Shown: piece by piece, positions 1-10,714 of the stretch
Layout: the number at the start of each line of letters is the position of its first letter
Numbering within the stretch: position 1 is the stretch's first letter
Source: an uncultured Verrucomicrobiae bacterium
GTDB lineage: Bacteria > Verrucomicrobiota > Verrucomicrobiia > Chthoniobacterales > UBA10450
Assembly (NCBI GenBank): GCA_963735805.1
Contig: CAVTMK010000002.1
Location: forward strand, 928,001-992,000
Length of the DNA stretch: 64,000 nt
Direction: 5' to 3'
Notes under the pieces: generated by a model
The model's input: only the letters and a program-made list of their open reading frames with translations
Database searches by the model: none
What the model was told of the DNA's origin: nothing
Program-made: the position numbers and the translations under genes

Positions 1-1212
1 ATTAGACGTTCAATTAACCTTCCGTCGTTCCCGAGTGTATTTGTTCTCGTCGCTGTCGGCAGCCTTGCGTTGTCGCCGATGGCGCAAGCTGTCAATCCTG
101 CCCCCGATGGCGGCTATCCTAACAACAATACCGCGGAGGGTGATAATGCGCTTTTGAACCTCGCCAGTGGCCTCGACAACACCGCTCTTGGTTTTGACGC
201 GCTCTTTAGCAATACGGCTGGCAACTTCAACACAGCAGTCGGATTTGACGCCCTCTTTCACAACACCACCGGCTTTGAGAACACGGCTGCCGGTGTCAAT
301 GCCCTTATCAGCAACACCACCGGCAGCTCTAACACGGCCAACGGCGTTGATACACTTCTTTTCAACACCACCGGCTTTCAGAACGCGGCCACCGGCGTGC
401 AGGCGCTATTTAGCAACACAACCGGATTTCACAACACGGCCGACGGTTTTCAAGCGCTCTTATCCAACACAACGGGTAACCACAACACAGCCGACGGTGA
501 TAACGCACTCGTTCACAACACAATAGGAATCCTCAACACGGCCATCGGTGCCCATGCGCTCGATCACAACGTAACCGGCAGCTCTAACGTTGCCGTGGGC
601 TTTCAAGCCGGTTTCAATATCACGGGAAGTGGTAATATCTGTGTCGGCGAGAACATCGTAGGTGTTGCTGGCGAGAGCAATGTCACCCGCATTGGAAACA
701 TCCGCGCGACAGCACAGGCTAACAGCATTTTTGTTACTGTAGGGACTGGCGGCAAACTTGGCTTCCAAGTCTCCTCGCGGCGCTACAAAGACGACATCAA
801 ACCTATGGATAGGGCCAGCGAAGAGCTTTTCGCGCTTAAACCGGTTAGCTTCCGCTACAAGCAGGAGATTGATCCTGCACACTCACTTGATTTTGGCCTT
901 ATTGCCGAGGACGTCGCTAGCGTGAATCCTGATCTGGTGGCGCGCGACGATGAGGGGAAAATTGTTACCGTTCGCTACCAAGCGGTCAACACGATGTTGC
1001 TCAACGAGTTCCTCAAAGAACACAAAAAAGTCGAGGAGCAACAGGCAAGCATTGCGGAGTTGAAGTCAGCGGTGGGGCAACAGAAGAAGGACTTTCAAGC
1101 GACTGCTGTGCACCAGCAAGAGCAAATCGAAGCGCTAACCGCGGGCTTGCAGAAAGTGAGCGCACAGCTTGAAGCGAGCAAACCTGTGCCGGAGGTAGTG
1201 AACAATCCCTAA
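1..1212 (+). CDS. Secreted Gly/Asn/Thr-rich beta-helix 'tail fibre'-like protein with C-terminal peptidase S74 intramolecular chaperone and coiled coil (5' end outside window)
   Basis: Frame is open from base 1 (IRRSINLPSFPSVFVLVAVGSLALSPMAQA, signal-peptide-like). About 10 repeats of NTAxGxxALxxNTTG, then S74 motifs SSRRYKDDIKPM...LKPVSFRYK...FGLIAEDV and a heptad-rich tail. Confidence 0.85.
   Translation: MRRSINLPSFPSVFVLVAVGSLALSPMAQAVNPAPDGGYPNNNTAEGDNALLNLASGLDNTALGFDALFSNTAGNFNTAVGFDALFHNTTGFENTAAGVNALISNTTGSSNTANGVDTLLFNTTGFQNAATGVQALFSNTTGFHNTADGFQALLSNTTGNHNTADGDNALVHNTIGILNTAIGAHALDHNVTGSSNVAVGFQAGFNITGSGNICVGENIVGVAGESNVTRIGNIRATAQANSIFVTVGTGGKLGFQVSSRRYKDDIKPMDRASEELFALKPVSFRYKQEIDPAHSLDFGLIAEDVASVNPDLVARDDEGKIVTVRYQAVNTMLLNEFLKEHKKVEEQQASIAELKSAVGQQKKDFQATAVHQQEQIEALTAGLQKVSAQLEASKPVPEVVNNP
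124..630 (+). repeat. 17-aa (51-bp) coding tandem repeat, about 10 units
   Basis: Units such as NFNTAVGFDALFHNTTG, FENTAAGVNALISNTTG and FQNAATGVQALFSNTTG; aacaccaccggc recurs in the DNA. Confidence 0.85.
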
Positions 1213-1551
1213 AGCGGCGTCTGACCACAACAAAGTGACTAGCCCAGCCCCAAACGTTTGGCCGATTTATCTCTCGAATTCTCTCCAGAGTTGCTTTCCG
1301 CGTCTTGGACGTCGAATCCATAAGTTCAATTCCATCTGTTGAGGTTTGCCCGCTAATCTGCGCGATATGCGCGCCCAAATGCGAGGAGAAAAGTGCTCCA
1401 ATGTTCACGTGAACGTATTACAACGCGGACGAGGATGTCTAGATCAAAACAGGCGAACTACGCGCTTTTGTTCATCCCACGGATTTGTTGGCTGATCGCC
1501 GTGCTTTCCGGGGTTGGTCACCAAGGCATGATATGCTTCAATGCACGATTA

Positions 1552-1627
<76 letters not shown>

Positions 1628-1699
1628 GTCTTCGCACGGACATCGAAGTCACTATGGAATGGGCGCACACGAGTTATCAGAAACGAATAATTTAGTACC

Positions 1700-1885
1700 A
1701 TGAAAGCGTTGTTTTCGATCATTCTCGTCTGCGCCATCTCGATAGGCACGGTTGAGGCTGGACCTGCCAGGACAGCGAAGAACGTGGCAAAGGGTACAGT
1801 GAACACAGCCAAGAATGTCGCGCACAGTGTGGTCAAAGGTACAAGAAGAGCCGTGCACACTGTAGTCTATGCGCTCACGCCATAG
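1700..1885 (+). CDS. Small secreted basic protein with 11-aa amphipathic repeats
   Basis: Signal peptide MKALFSIILVCAISIGTVEA, then TAKNVAKGTVN/TAKNVAHSVVK/GTRRAVHTVVY. Confidence 0.65.
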   Translation: MKALFSIILVCAISIGTVEAGPARTAKNVAKGTVNTAKNVAHSVVKGTRRAVHTVVYALTP

Positions 1886-1925
1886 ACCGGGCGGGCTGTT
1901 CAGCCGTGTCGGCGTCCTCTGAAGC

Positions 1926-4900
1926 TTATTGAGGCGAAACGACGTTCGCGTTTTGGATAAGCGAGTCGAGCTTGTTCAGATCGATCGGCTTCACGAGGTG
2001 ATGCTGAAATCCGGCTTCACGGCCTCTTCGAATATCCTCTTCCATACCGAAACCGGTGAGCGCAATCCCCAGCAACGGCCGCTTGGACTGCAGTGTTCGT
2101 ATCAGATCAATGCCGCTGCCATCAGGCAAGGCTAGATCGCTAACGAGGACGTCGAATTGTTCTTTCAAGCTGAGGTCCAGTGCAGATTGAAGAGTCAATG
2201 CCGAGTGCACATCGTAACCCCGGCGCCGAAGCAGATTCGTAAGTGATCGGTTGGAATCTTCGTGATCTTCTACGAGCAGAATCCGCTTGGTCTGACGTGC
2301 AGGTGCCGAGGACAAAGTAGTCGGTGCAGTTTGGGCTACAGTTTTTTCGCACGTAGGAAAGGCTAGCGTAAAAGTGGCGCCTTTGTTTTGACCGCCGCTT
2401 TGTGCACTGATCGTTCCGTTGTGCGCTTCAACGAGCCTTTTGCTAATTGCCAAACCAAGACCCAGACCTCCAAGCTGGGTTCGCCCGCCTTGTTCGAAAG
2501 CGTCGAAAATTTTCGGCAAAGATTCGGGCTCGATTCCCAATCCGCTGTCCGCGATTTCTACCTGAAATTGTCCGTTAGAATCGTTGCTGGTTGAAATCGA
2601 AATCCAGCCATCCTTGGGTGTAAACTTCACCGCGTTATTTATGAGGTTCCAAAAGATCTGCTGTAATCGGGCTGGATCGGCTTGCAAATGGACTTTTTGT
2701 GCGCCGAGATGGAGGGAGCGAACAAGCTGTTTTCGATCGATTTCTGCCTGGCAGATATCTAAAGCGCTCTCCAGCAGTGTGTGAGCGTCAACGACTTCGA
2801 TATTAAGCTGCACTTTACCGCGATCGATGCGCGTTAGGTCGAGTAAATCGTCGATCAAACGCGCTTCGAGTTCCACATTGCGGCGAATCATTTGCAGCGA
2901 GTCGTGAATTTCCTCGGGTAATTCCGGCTGACTCTCGAGTGCAAGAGCTGACGCCAGCACTGGCGTAAGAGGGGTGCGTAACTCGTGGCTGAGCATTGCC
3001 AGAAATTGGTCCTTGGCGAGGTTCGAACGCGCTTTCTCGGCCAGTTCGAGGTTCGTCTTTTGTAATTCCTCCTGGCGGTTCTGAAGCTCCGTCGCGAGCG
3101 ACTGCGATTGCTTGAGCAGATTTTCCGTCCGCGTATTGGCTTCGATCGTGTTGAGGACGATTCCAATGCTCTCTGTTAACTGGTCGAGAAACGCCTGATG
3201 CGTTGAGTTGAAACGTTCGAGCGACGAAAGTTCCATCACCGCTTTTACTTCTCCTTCGAACAAAACTGGGAGCACCATGATATTCATCGGGCGTGCCGCG
3301 CCCAATGCGGAACTTACCTTTACGTAATCGCCGGGCGCGTCGTTCAATAGCAACCGTTCTTTTTCGAGAGCGGCCTGTCCGATCAGGCTTTCGCCCAGCT
3401 TGAAAGAGGTTTTCACACCGTTCTGTTCGCGGCAGGCGTAGCTTGCCAGCAGCCGGAGTTCAGGCTCTCGCCCCGACGCGTCCATGATATAAAAAACACC
3501 TTGCTGCGCAGGGACTACCGGAGCGAGTTCCGACAAAATCAATTTGGCAACCGTCAACAAATCTCGCTCGCCTTGCAGCATGCGTGTGAACTTTGCGAGA
3601 TTTGTCTTGAGCCAGTCCTGCTCCTCGGTGCGCAAAGTCGTATCTTTTAAGTTGCGGATCATTTCGTTGATGTTGTCCTTAACTGCGGCGACCTCTCCCT
3701 GCGCTTCGACTTGAATCGACCGGGTCAAGTCGCCCTTTGTAACTGCCGTGGCCACATCAGCGATGGCGCGCAACTGCGTTGTCAGGTTTGCCGCCAACCG
3801 GTTCACATTATCTGTTAGATCCCCCCAAGTGCCGGCGGCGCCCGGCACACTGGCCTGGCCGCCAAGCTTTCCTTCTACACCCACCTCTCGGGCGACGGTG
3901 GTGACCTGGTCAGCAAACGTCGCCAGCGTGTCGATCATGTTATTAATCGTGTCCGCCAGTTCGCCAATTTCACCCTTTGCTTCTACAAGGAGTTTCCGGT
4001 TCAGATCTCCCTTTGCCACCGAAGTCACGACTTTTGCAATGCCACGAACTTGATTCGTCAGATTGCGAGCCATGAAGTTCACGCTGTCAGTCAAGTCTTT
4101 CCACGTTCCGGCCACGCCTGTGACCGTCGCTTGTCCTCCCAGTTCGCCTTCCGTACCGACTTCGCGCGCGACTCGCGTGACCTCTGAGGCAAAGGAGTTG
4201 AGCTGGTCCACCATCGTGTTCACAGTGTTTTTCAACTCGAGAATTTCGCCCTTTACATCGACGGTGACTTTTTTCGACAGATCGCCGCGAGCAACTGCCG
4301 TAGTGACCTCTGCGATGTTGCGCACCTGCGCGGTGAGATTCGCAGCCATCGTGTTCACGTTGTTCGTCAGGTCTTTCCAGGTGCCCGCAACGCCCTGCAC
4401 ATCTGCTTGTCCACCGAGTTTTCCTTCGCTGCCAACTTCGCGAGACACACGCGTGACTTCGGATGCAAACAAACGCAGCTGATCGACCATCGTATTGATG
4501 GTGTATTTGAGTTCCAGAATCTCACCGCGAACGTCCACGGTGATTTTCTTCGACAAATCGCCGCTGGCGACAGCCGTGGTGACCTCGGCAATATTGCGCA
4601 CCTGTGCAGTGAGATTCCCCGCCATGAAATTGACGCTCTCTGTCAAATCCTTCCACGTTCCGGCGACGCCTCGCACGTCCGCCTGGCCACCGAGTTTTCC
4701 ATCCGTGCCTACCTCGCGTGCGACCCGGGTTACTTCGGCGGCAAACGAACCGAGTTGATCGACCATTGTATTGACTGTGTTTTTTAATTCGAGGATTTCG
4801 CCTTTTACGTCGACGGTGATTTTCTTGGACAAATCTCCCTTTGCGACAGCTGTGGTCACTGCGGCAATGTTGCGCACTTGTTCGGTCAGGTTGCGCGCCA

Positions 4901-5789
4901 TGAAATTAACCGAATCTGTAAGGTCTTTCCATGTTCCGGACACCCCTTCAACGCGAGCTTCTCCGCCGAGAATTCCCTCAGAACCCACCTCGCGTGCTAC
5001 GCGCGTTACTTCCGAGGCAAACGAACGAAGTTGATCGACCATCACATTGATGGTGTCCTTTAACTCGAGAAACTCGCCCTTAACATCAACCGTGATTTTC
5101 TTGGTCAAATCTCCGGTCGCAACCGCTGTGGTGACGGTGGCGATGTTGCGGACCTGATCGGTCAGATTACCGGCCATCAGGTTAACGTTGTCTGTCAGGT
5201 CTTTCCACGTGCCTGCGACGCCTTTCACTTTGGCCTGTCCGCCCAGTTTGCCTTCCGTGCCTACTTCGCGAGCAACACGAGTAACTTCGGATGCAAAGGC
5301 GCTGAGCTGGTTGACCATCGTGTTTACAATTTTTGCTGTTCGCAAAAAGTCGCCCTCCAGCGTCCGACCTTCGATTTCAGTCGCCATGTTCTGGGATAAA
5401 TCTCCTCGCGCGACAGCCCCGATCACGCGCGCCATTTCGCTCGTAGGTTGCGCCAGATCCTCAACAAGATTGTTGACGGAACCCAATGCCTCGGCCCAAG
5501 CACCGGAGACCTCCCCCAGCGATGCTCTCTGTCTGATTCGGCCTTCCTTCCCGACTACACGGCTGATGCGCGCCAACTCCGTCGTGAGGCGCTGATTGAT
5601 CCGGATCACATCGTTGAAAGTGTCCGCGATCTTCCCAGCCACACCTATCCAGTGGTCGGGCAGGTGAGCGGAAAAGTCTCCGCACCTCAATGCCACCAGG
5701 GCTGCCAGTAGTTGTTTGGTGTCGAGCTGGTCGCCGTCAACGCGCGATCCATTTGCCCGTCGCGTTCTGGGAGTGGAAGGATTTTTCAT
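1926..5789 (-). CDS. Soluble hybrid histidine kinase: poly-HAMP array (Nik1/Os-1-like) + GAF + HisKA/HATPase + receiver
   Basis: Repeated [25 protein letters not shown] units, H-box SHELRTPL, N-box [11 protein letters not shown] boxes DSGLGI/GLGLGL, REC LLVEDH...SDLALPD...KP. No TM segment. Confidence 0.95.
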   Translation of the reverse strand: MKNPSTPRTRRANGSRVDGDQLDTKQLLAALVALRCGDFSAHLPDHWIGVAGKIADTFNDVIRINQRLTTELARISRVVGKEGRIRQRASLGEVSGAWAEALGSVNNLVEDLAQPTSEMARVIGAVARGDLSQNMATEIEGRTLEGDFLRTAKIVNTMVNQLSAFASEVTRVAREVGTEGKLGGQAKVKGVAGTWKDLTDNVNLMAGNLTDQVRNIATVTTAVATGDLTKKITVDVKGEFLELKDTINVMVDQLRSFASEVTRVAREVGSEGILGGEARVEGVSGTWKDLTDSVNFMARNLTEQVRNIAAVTTAVAKGDLSKKITVDVKGEILELKNTVNTMVDQLGSFAAEVTRVAREVGTDGKLGGQADVRGVAGTWKDLTESVNFMAGNLTAQVRNIAEVTTAVASGDLSKKITVDVRGEILELKYTINTMVDQLRLFASEVTRVSREVGSEGKLGGQADVQGVAGTWKDLTNNVNTMAANLTAQVRNIAEVTTAVARGDLSKKVTVDVKGEILELKNTVNTMVDQLNSFASEVTRVAREVGTEGELGGQATVTGVAGTWKDLTDSVNFMARNLTNQVRGIAKVVTSVAKGDLNRKLLVEAKGEIGELADTINNMIDTLATFADQVTTVAREVGVEGKLGGQASVPGAAGTWGDLTDNVNRLAANLTTQLRAIADVATAVTKGDLTRSIQVEAQGEVAAVKDNINEMIRNLKDTTLRTEEQDWLKTNLAKFTRMLQGERDLLTVAKLILSELAPVVPAQQGVFYIMDASGREPELRLLASYACREQNGVKTSFKLGESLIGQAALEKERLLLNDAPGDYVKVSSALGAARPMNIMVLPVLFEGEVKAVMELSSLERFNSTHQAFLDQLTESIGIVLNTIEANTRTENLLKQSQSLATELQNRQEELQKTNLELAEKARSNLAKDQFLAMLSHELRTPLTPVLASALALESQPELPEEIHDSLQMIRRNVELEARLIDDLLDLTRIDRGKVQLNIEVVDAHTLLESALDICQAEIDRKQLVRSLHLGAQKVHLQADPARLQQIFWNLINNAVKFTPKDGWISISTSNDSNGQFQVEIADSGLGIEPESLPKIFDAFEQGGRTQLGGLGLGLAISKRLVEAHNGTISAQSGGQNKGATFTLAFPTCEKTVAQTAPTTLSSAPARQTKRILLVEDHEDSNRSLTNLLRRRGYDVHSALTLQSALDLSLKEQFDVLVSDLALPDGSGIDLIRTLQSKRPLLGIALTGFGMEEDIRRGREAGFQHHLVKPIDLNKLDSLIQNANVVSPQ
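3640..5580 (-). repeat. About 7 x 92-aa (276-bp) poly-HAMP repeat units
   Basis: The 92-aa period is visible in the translation, and near-identical antisense ORFs recur 276 bp apart (4495, 4771). Confidence 0.9.
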
Positions 5790-5973
5790 AGGTAATTAGC
5801 AAGCGGGGGACTCCCCTCTGCAGGAATTCGACGCATAAAATTGGAGGACTCATGTTCCAGCGCCGCAGTTTAATCGTCGTGCGAGCCTCCGGAGGTCGTA
5901 TGACTTGTATGGCACGCGAGGACCGCGCTTCTTCGCGTCCGCCGATGGGTCTTCCTCAGGCTGTGAGCTGAAG

Positions 5974-6516
5974 CTATACAGCTCGCAGTGTTTTTAGACG
6001 AAAACCAAAAAAGATTGCGAGGATGCCGAGTACAACCGCGTACCATGCGATCAGCCAAATCACTGCGGCAGCGCCAGCGACGGGATTCCACAGAAGCAAC
6101 ACGGCGAAAACGATTGATGCGAGCCCCATCAGAATCAGCAACCATTCGCCCTTTATTTCGTGGCGCAGTTTGACTGCCATCACAATTTCAGACGCACCAA
6201 TCATAAGCGCCCAGGCCGCGATATAAATAACCAGGGCCAGCGCCGTGATCTGGGGGGCATGGAAGGTAAGGAATCCTACGATAATCCCAATAAGTCCGAT
6301 AACGAGCTGCCAAGCCCAATCGGGGTCGGAGCCGCGATGTTTAATCGCGCCGAATATACGAAATATGCCATCGATCAGCACCCACGCTCCAAAAAACAGC
6401 ACGAGTGTTGCGATAGCCATGACGGGATGCGTGAACGCGATCACGCCAAAAACAATTGCAGCGATACCCCTTATCACTGGGACCCACCAATGACGCTTTA
6501 AGGTTTCGATCATCAT
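5974..6516 (-). CDS. HdeD/DUF308 family membrane protein
   Basis: WWVPVIRGIAAIVFG start, six hydrophobic helices, typical length. Confidence 0.85.
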   Translation of the reverse strand: MMIETLKRHWWVPVIRGIAAIVFGVIAFTHPVMAIATLVLFFGAWVLIDGIFRIFGAIKHRGSDPDWAWQLVIGLIGIIVGFLTFHAPQITALALVIYIAAWALMIGASEIVMAVKLRHEIKGEWLLILMGLASIVFAVLLLWNPVAGAAAVIWLIAWYAVVLGILAIFFGFRLKTLRAV

Positions 6517-6638
6517 CGCTTCGTTTTAGGGACCGGCCTGTATGAAGGCAAGCACCATTTGCGGCAGTCTTTCGCGAGCGTTCTCACTTGCCGTGATGAC
6601 TCAACGCAACCCGTTGGATCTGGCGATGCTTGCTCCGA

Positions 6639-7430
6639 TCACAAACCGCACTTTGCGCTGGCTTCCGTAATGCTGGAGCGAGTTCGAAGGAGAGATGCCA
6701 AATATGCGTCTACGAATGGGGCGCTGTTGATCCGCGCGAGATTGGCAGGAGTCTGAAGACGGGAGAAAATTGCGTAGGCGATTTTGCTTCGCGGAACACT
6801 CTTTTCACCGTAGCCAGACGGAACATTACTCGACCAGTAACGCACGTATTGGCCGTTCGGGTGATTCTCTATGCCGAGGAAAATCGTGGAGTGTCCGTGC
6901 TCGTTTCTGCCAATCTGGCGGGACCAGAAAATTTTCATGAAATCACCGGGCTTCGCCTGGTCGAAATTATCGAAATTTCGTCCAAGCTGCAGCTCATGAA
7001 AAAGGCGGGCGGTGCCCGGGCCATTTGCATTCCAACGACCCCAGATGCCTTCGCCGTCATGTTGATCGCGGATGATTAATCGTTCTAACGTGGAATAATC
7101 GAGCTGTAGTTGACCACGCGCGCGCAAAGCCTCGATTGTCCTGATGAATACCAGGTACGTTGCCCCGGAGCAGAAACTCGGCGAGGCCTGCGAAGGGAGA
7201 ATGAAAAATTTGCCGGACTCGAAGTGTGCCGAAGATTGGAGACGGATCTTTGCAACATGCGACACGGAATAATGGCCGCCCTGAGGCATCTGTTTGATCT
7301 GTTCTAGGACCAGGCTGTTGTAATCGCCCGCGAACGACATGTGCGCTGTGAGTCCAAGAACCGCAGTAAAAACCCAGGTGGCCAGTCCCTTCACGGCGGA
7401 ATAAGTAATCATCAAAATCCGATCTGGCAA
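6639..7430 (-). CDS. Exported hypothetical protein, probable divergent NlpC/P60 (papain-like) hydrolase
   Basis: Signal-like N-terminus; motifs SFCSGATY, AKPGDF and HGHSTIFLG in the order of the NlpC/P60 motifs DCSG / PGD / GHVGIY. Confidence 0.55.
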   Translation of the reverse strand: MPDRILMITYSAVKGLATWVFTAVLGLTAHMSFAGDYNSLVLEQIKQMPQGGHYSVSHVAKIRLQSSAHFESGKFFILPSQASPSFCSGATYLVFIRTIEALRARGQLQLDYSTLERLIIRDQHDGEGIWGRWNANGPGTARLFHELQLGRNFDNFDQAKPGDFMKIFWSRQIGRNEHGHSTIFLGIENHPNGQYVRYWSSNVPSGYGEKSVPRSKIAYAIFSRLQTPANLARINSAPFVDAYLASLLRTRSSITEASAKCGL

Positions 7431-7515
7431 TGGCGCAGGCTCGACATGACAACTTCAGAGCGGCCGCGACGATGGTGGTGTTGGCTTTGCCAGCGGACGT
7501 ATGCTAAACGGGAAT

Positions 7516-8319
7516 ATGCTGCGTTTCATAAAGATGAATGGCGCGGGAAACGATTTCATCCTGATCGATAACCGAGCGGGAAACGTCCATCTAAAGCGGA
7601 GCCAGATCGCTCATCTATGTGATCGGCATCGTGGTGTCGGCGCGGATGGAATTTTATTGCTCGAAAATCCATCGAACCATGCCGATTTTCGAATGCGCTA
7701 CTTTAATGCCGATGGAGGAGAAGCGGAAATGTGCGGAAACGGGGCGCGGTGCTTTGCGCGTTTTGCGAACAAACTGGCCGGGGCGGAAGGCAAAATTTCC
7801 TTTGAAACGCCAGCCGGCGTCATTTCGGCGGAGTTAACCGGAAATCTCGTGACTCTGCAAATGACCGAACCTGCCGATTTGCGAGTGAGCGTTCCGCTTC
7901 AAATTGGGGCTGAGAAAAAGATCGTTCATTTCATAAATAGCGGCGTGCCGCATGTAGTCGTTCCGGTCGCAAAAGCCGGCGATGTGGATGTGCCACGAGA
8001 AGGCTCAGCTATTCGGCATCACGAAATGTTTTCGCCAAAGGGCGCAAACGTGAACTTCATTGAAAAACGCGGAGCCGATGAGATCGCGGTTCGTACCTAT
8101 GAGCGAGGGGTGGAAGATGAGACCCTGGCATGTGGCACCGGCGTGGTGGCAAGCGCACTCATCTTTGCCGCTACTGAAAACGTGAAGGGCCCGATCACTG
8201 TTTTTGCGCGTGGCGGTGACGAACTGCGCGTTGGGTTTGAAAGGATCGACAAGCAGTTTCGGAATGTTACACTCACCGGCCCAGCCGAGTTTGTATTTGA
8301 AGGCACGATCGAGATTTAG
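7516..8319 (+). CDS. dapF: Diaminopimelate epimerase
   Basis: KMNGAGNDF, EMCGNGARC, YERGVEDETLACGTG. Confidence 0.97.
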   Translation: MLRFIKMNGAGNDFILIDNRAGNVHLKRSQIAHLCDRHRGVGADGILLLENPSNHADFRMRYFNADGGEAEMCGNGARCFARFANKLAGAEGKISFETPAGVISAELTGNLVTLQMTEPADLRVSVPLQIGAEKKIVHFINSGVPHVVVPVAKAGDVDVPREGSAIRHHEMFSPKGANVNFIEKRGADEIAVRTYERGVEDETLACGTGVVASALIFAATENVKGPITVFARGGDELRVGFERIDKQFRNVTLTGPAEFVFEGTIEI

Positions 8320-8339
8320 AGGCCGTAACCGTGGGCCTG

Positions 8340-8417
8340 TGTCATTCCGAGCGCAGTCGAGGAATCTCTAATTAATCTGAAGTAGTCCGAGATGTCTCGA
8401 CTTCGTTCGACATGACA
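8340..8417. repeat. Palindromic REP-like element, TGTCAT...ATGACA family (full two-arm copy)
   Basis: Arms TGTCATTCCGAGCGCAGTCGAGGAATCTC and GAGATGTCTCGACTTCGTTCGACATGACA are imperfect inverted repeats. Single arms recur at 29101 and 39400. Confidence 0.85.
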
Positions 8418-8463
8418 ATTGACTGAGCCATTTTAAGTTCGTAACGCTTCTAACCTTTAACAC

Positions 8464-9342
8464 ATGTTTCGCGGCACGTTCACGGCGGTAGTCACACCAT
8501 TTCGCAACGGCGCGATTGATTTTGCTGCTTTCGAGAAGCTGATTGAAAGCCAAATCGCTGCGGGGATCAGCGGAGTTGTTGCTGTTGGGACAACAGGCGA
8601 ATCGCCCACTCTGTCGCACGAGGAACGCCAGGAATTAATCCGAGCTACGGTTGCAACCGCGAAAAAACGTTGTCAGGTCCTCGCCGGCACAGGTTCCAAC
8701 GCCACGCAGCACGCGGTAGCCGATACAAAGAGGGCCGAGAAACTCGGCGTGAACGGTGCACTCCTTGTTGCACCGTATTACAACAAACCGAGCCAGGAAG
8801 GTTTGTTTCGCCATTTCAAGGCGATTGCGGACGCCACGTCGTTACCCATCCTGCTCTACAACATCCCGAGCCGCTGCGGAGTGGATATTGCGCCCGATAC
8901 GGTAACGCGCCTGGCGAAGGCGTGCGAGAATATCGTTTCGATCAAGGAGGCCAGTGGGAGCGTCGAGCGCATCAGTGAGTTGCGCGCCCGTTTGCCTGAG
9001 TCGTTTACAATTTTAAGCGGCGACGATTCATTGACTCTGCCGTTCATGTCCGTTGGGGCAGTTGGGGTAGTCAGCGTCGCTTCAAATTTGTTTCCGGCTG
9101 AAGTTTGTGCGCTTGTTCGGGCCTATGGAAGCGGAGATGCGAAGCTGGCCTTCGACCTGCATCGTAAGATGTTGCCACTTTTCAAGGATCTGTTCATTGA
9201 ACCGAATCCCGTGCCGATAAAAACAGCGCTTGGCTGGCGCGGTGCGATGTCCGGCGAAGTGCGTCTGCCGTTATGTGAGATGAGTGAAGCAAATCAAGCG
9301 CGTTTACGCAAAACGCTTGAGGCTTTCGAACGGGGCGAATGA
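8464..9342 (+). CDS. dapA: 4-hydroxy-tetrahydrodipicolinate synthase
   Basis: GTTGESPTL, PYYNKP, YNIPSR, IKEASG. Confidence 0.97.
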   Translation: MFRGTFTAVVTPFRNGAIDFAAFEKLIESQIAAGISGVVAVGTTGESPTLSHEERQELIRATVATAKKRCQVLAGTGSNATQHAVADTKRAEKLGVNGALLVAPYYNKPSQEGLFRHFKAIADATSLPILLYNIPSRCGVDIAPDTVTRLAKACENIVSIKEASGSVERISELRARLPESFTILSGDDSLTLPFMSVGAVGVVSVASNLFPAEVCALVRAYGSGDAKLAFDLHRKMLPLFKDLFIEPNPVPIKTALGWRGAMSGEVRLPLCEMSEANQARLRKTLEAFERGE

Positions 9343-10028
9343 AGAACACCGCTGTGCGTGTTCTGCTCATCGGCGCGGCTGGGCGCATGGGAAAAACGAT
9401 CAGTGACCTTGCGAGCAGCGACCCGGAAATCAACATCATCGCGCAGTGCGATCTTGGCGACCGAATCGAGACGTCGATAAAAAATTGCGATGTCGCTGTC
9501 GATTTTAGTCACGCGGACGCTACCACTGAAATCTGCGCCGCTGCCTTACAGCATCGCAAACCGTTGGTCATTGGAACGACCGGTCACTCTCAAGAGCAAC
9601 GTAGGATAATTGAAGACACCGCTCGGTCATTGGCGATTGTCTTTGCATCTAATTTCAGCGTCGGGGTCAACGTACTTTTCTGGTTGACGCGTAAAGCAGC
9701 CGAGCAGCTCGGACGTGATTTTGATGCGGAGATTGTCGAAACCCATCACAAGATGAAAAAAGATGCGCCAAGCGGAACGGCCAAAACTCTTGCTGAGGTT
9801 TTGAAGGCAGCTAAAAAGATGGACGACGAAATCCCGATTAAATCGATTCGCGAAGGCGATGTCATTGGAGAACACGCGGTCATTTTTAAAGGACCCAGCG
9901 AGTGTCTTGAGCTGACCCATCGTGCGGCGAGTCGCGAGATTTTTGCTCGGGGCGCCTTGCGCGCGGCAAAATGGATTTTCAACCAGCCTCCGGGACTCTA
10001 CTCCATGCAGGATGTGCTCGGACTGTGA
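9339..10028 (+). CDS. dapB: 4-hydroxy-tetrahydrodipicolinate reductase
   Basis: GAAGRMG, GTTG, ETHHKMKKDAPSGTA. Confidence 0.97.
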   Translation: MKNTAVRVLLIGAAGRMGKTISDLASSDPEINIIAQCDLGDRIETSIKNCDVAVDFSHADATTEICAAALQHRKPLVIGTTGHSQEQRRIIEDTARSLAIVFASNFSVGVNVLFWLTRKAAEQLGRDFDAEIVETHHKMKKDAPSGTAKTLAEVLKAAKKMDDEIPIKSIREGDVIGEHAVIFKGPSECLELTHRAASREIFARGALRAAKWIFNQPPGLYSMQDVLGL

Positions 10029-10085
10029 TTCTTTAGCCCAGATTGGCGACCACGGCCGCCGCAATCAGCGAATTCGACTCCAACA

Positions 10086-10586
10086 ATGAGAACTGCCGTC
10101 GCGCTCGGATCTAATCTCGGCGATCGCCTCGATAATTTGCGGGCAGCCCGACAACGAATCGTCGAGTTCCATGATGTTCAGCCGCCCATTCTCTCTTCCA
10201 GCATCTGCGAGACCGAACCGGTCGATTGCGAACCGGGCGCGTTGAAATTTTTTAACGCCGTCCTGGAATTTGATTATGAAGGCGATCCTGTGCAGCTGCT
10301 TGAACGACTTCTTCGAATTGAAGAGTCGTTAGGCCGCAAGCACGATCATCGAAAAAACATCTCCCGCACAATCGACATCGACCTGCTCTACTGGGGCGAC
10401 CGCCGGATCCATAATAAACGATTGCAATTGCCCCACTCGCAAATGGATCAGAGAAGATTCGTGCTTCAACCGCTGGCCGATATCCGGCCCGAACTAGTCT
10501 TACCGGGCCAGACAAGAACAGTTCGCGAGCTGCTCGCGGAGCTCAAAGAACCTGGCGACGTGATTCGCTTACTAGACGCCTGGTAG
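10086..10586 (+). CDS. folK: 6-hydroxymethyl-7,8-dihydropterin pyrophosphokinase
   Basis: ALGSNLGDR, RTIDIDLL, RRFVLQPLADI. Confidence 0.95.
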   Translation: MRTAVALGSNLGDRLDNLRAARQRIVEFHDVQPPILSSSICETEPVDCEPGALKFFNAVLEFDYEGDPVQLLERLLRIEESLGRKHDHRKNISRTIDIDLLYWGDRRIHNKRLQLPHSQMDQRRFVLQPLADIRPELVLPGQTRTVRELLAELKEPGDVIRLLDAW

Positions 10587-10639
10587 GGGAGGGCACTGCG
10601 ATAGCCGCTGCCGCCAGCTGATTTTCGGTGGATGGGAGG

Positions 10640-10659
10640 GCGACACGGCTGCCTCGACA
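10640..10659. repeat. Half copy of GGCAGCCGTGTCG palindromic family
   Basis: GCGACACGGCTGCCTCGACA; the same core occurs at 1901-1913 (CAGCCGTGTCGGC) and a related element lies inside tgt. Confidence 0.55.
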
Positions 10660-10714
10660 GTGTTTCGGCGAGCTTGCGTTCTCGGATTAGCGGCTGATCT
10701 TCCGAGCAGATTCG

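Noticed and set aside
3748..5711. Repetitive plus-strand ORFs over the kinase
   Set aside because: They are antisense shadows of the 276-bp HAMP repeats.
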